Part shown: piece by piece, positions 63,604 through 64,000 of the stretch
How the letters are laid out: each line of letters starts with the position of its first letter
How positions within the stretch are numbered: position 1 is the first letter of the stretch
NCBI GenBank assembly: GCA_950097015.1
Contig: CATNEN010000038.1
Span: 26,784,001-26,848,000 of the forward strand
DNA: 64,000 bases
Source of the DNA: Macrostomum hystrix
Taxonomy: Eukaryota > Animalia > Platyhelminthes
Direction of reading: 5' to 3'
The notes under the pieces: model-generated
Told to the model about the DNA's origin: nothing
Databases searched by the model: none
Seen by the model: the letters and a program-made list of their open reading frames with translations, nothing else
Translations under genes and position numbers: made by a program

Positions 63604-64000
63604 AAACTAAATATATTAAGACAATTTAGGAATCGGAAAATCCCAAGTCTGGGAATTTAGTCTAGGAAACTGAATAAAAAAATAATTTAAAAGACAAATA
63701 TAATATGTAGAACTTTCAATCCAGCAGAGTATGACAGAAAATAAAAAAAATCTGCTTTAAGCATAGTTATAGGATATAAAAAGTTCTTGATCAATTTTCA
63801 ATTTAGTCATGTTATGACTGCTACAGGCATTGATATCAATTGTTTTGATTGATAGCACTTGCAGCAGCTTCGATCATGACAATTAAACAAACAGTTCAGT
63901 AAATTCTAATTGTTGAATTTCAGGCAAACATCAGTATTGCAATTTTGAGCTGCAAAACAAACTTATTAAACAATTTGCTCAATGAAATTCATGAATTTGC

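Overview
Animal (eukaryotic) genomic DNA with GT-AG introns. TTAGGG-type telomeric tracts, CAG-rich exons and minisatellite-filled introns suggest a free-living flatworm such as Macrostomum (inference, not verified). Six protein-coding genes can be reconstructed by hand: VPS26 (minus; 5' exons only, the gene runs off the left edge), a complete 3-exon Ras (plus, head-to-head with VPS26), a single-exon divergent TRPV5/6-like channel (minus), a 2-exon EGR/Krox-20 zinc-finger gene (plus), an intronless Shaker/Kv1 channel (plus), and the 3' seven exons of a FERM-PDZ-PTP phosphatase of the PTPN3/PTPN4 type (minus; runs off the right edge). By my rough sum about 45% of the window is about 27 tandem arrays, and most long ORFs in the track are artefacts of them. 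Most notable: (1) nearly every long intron carries its own private minisatellite pressed against a splice site, and some units contain branch-point or acceptor motifs; (2) 11 arrays (10 distinct units) have a period of exactly 20 bp; (3) a TACTAAC array lies just behind the Kv1 stop codon; (4) the egr promoter has a c-fos-like ETS+CArG element with MEF2 and CRE motifs; (5) a tRNA/SINE-head unit is tandemised 12 times; (6) a hAT-like MITE family with clean TIRs and TSDs sits in VPS26 intron 1. Array boundaries are approximate (about 10-20 bp); exon boundaries were read base by base.
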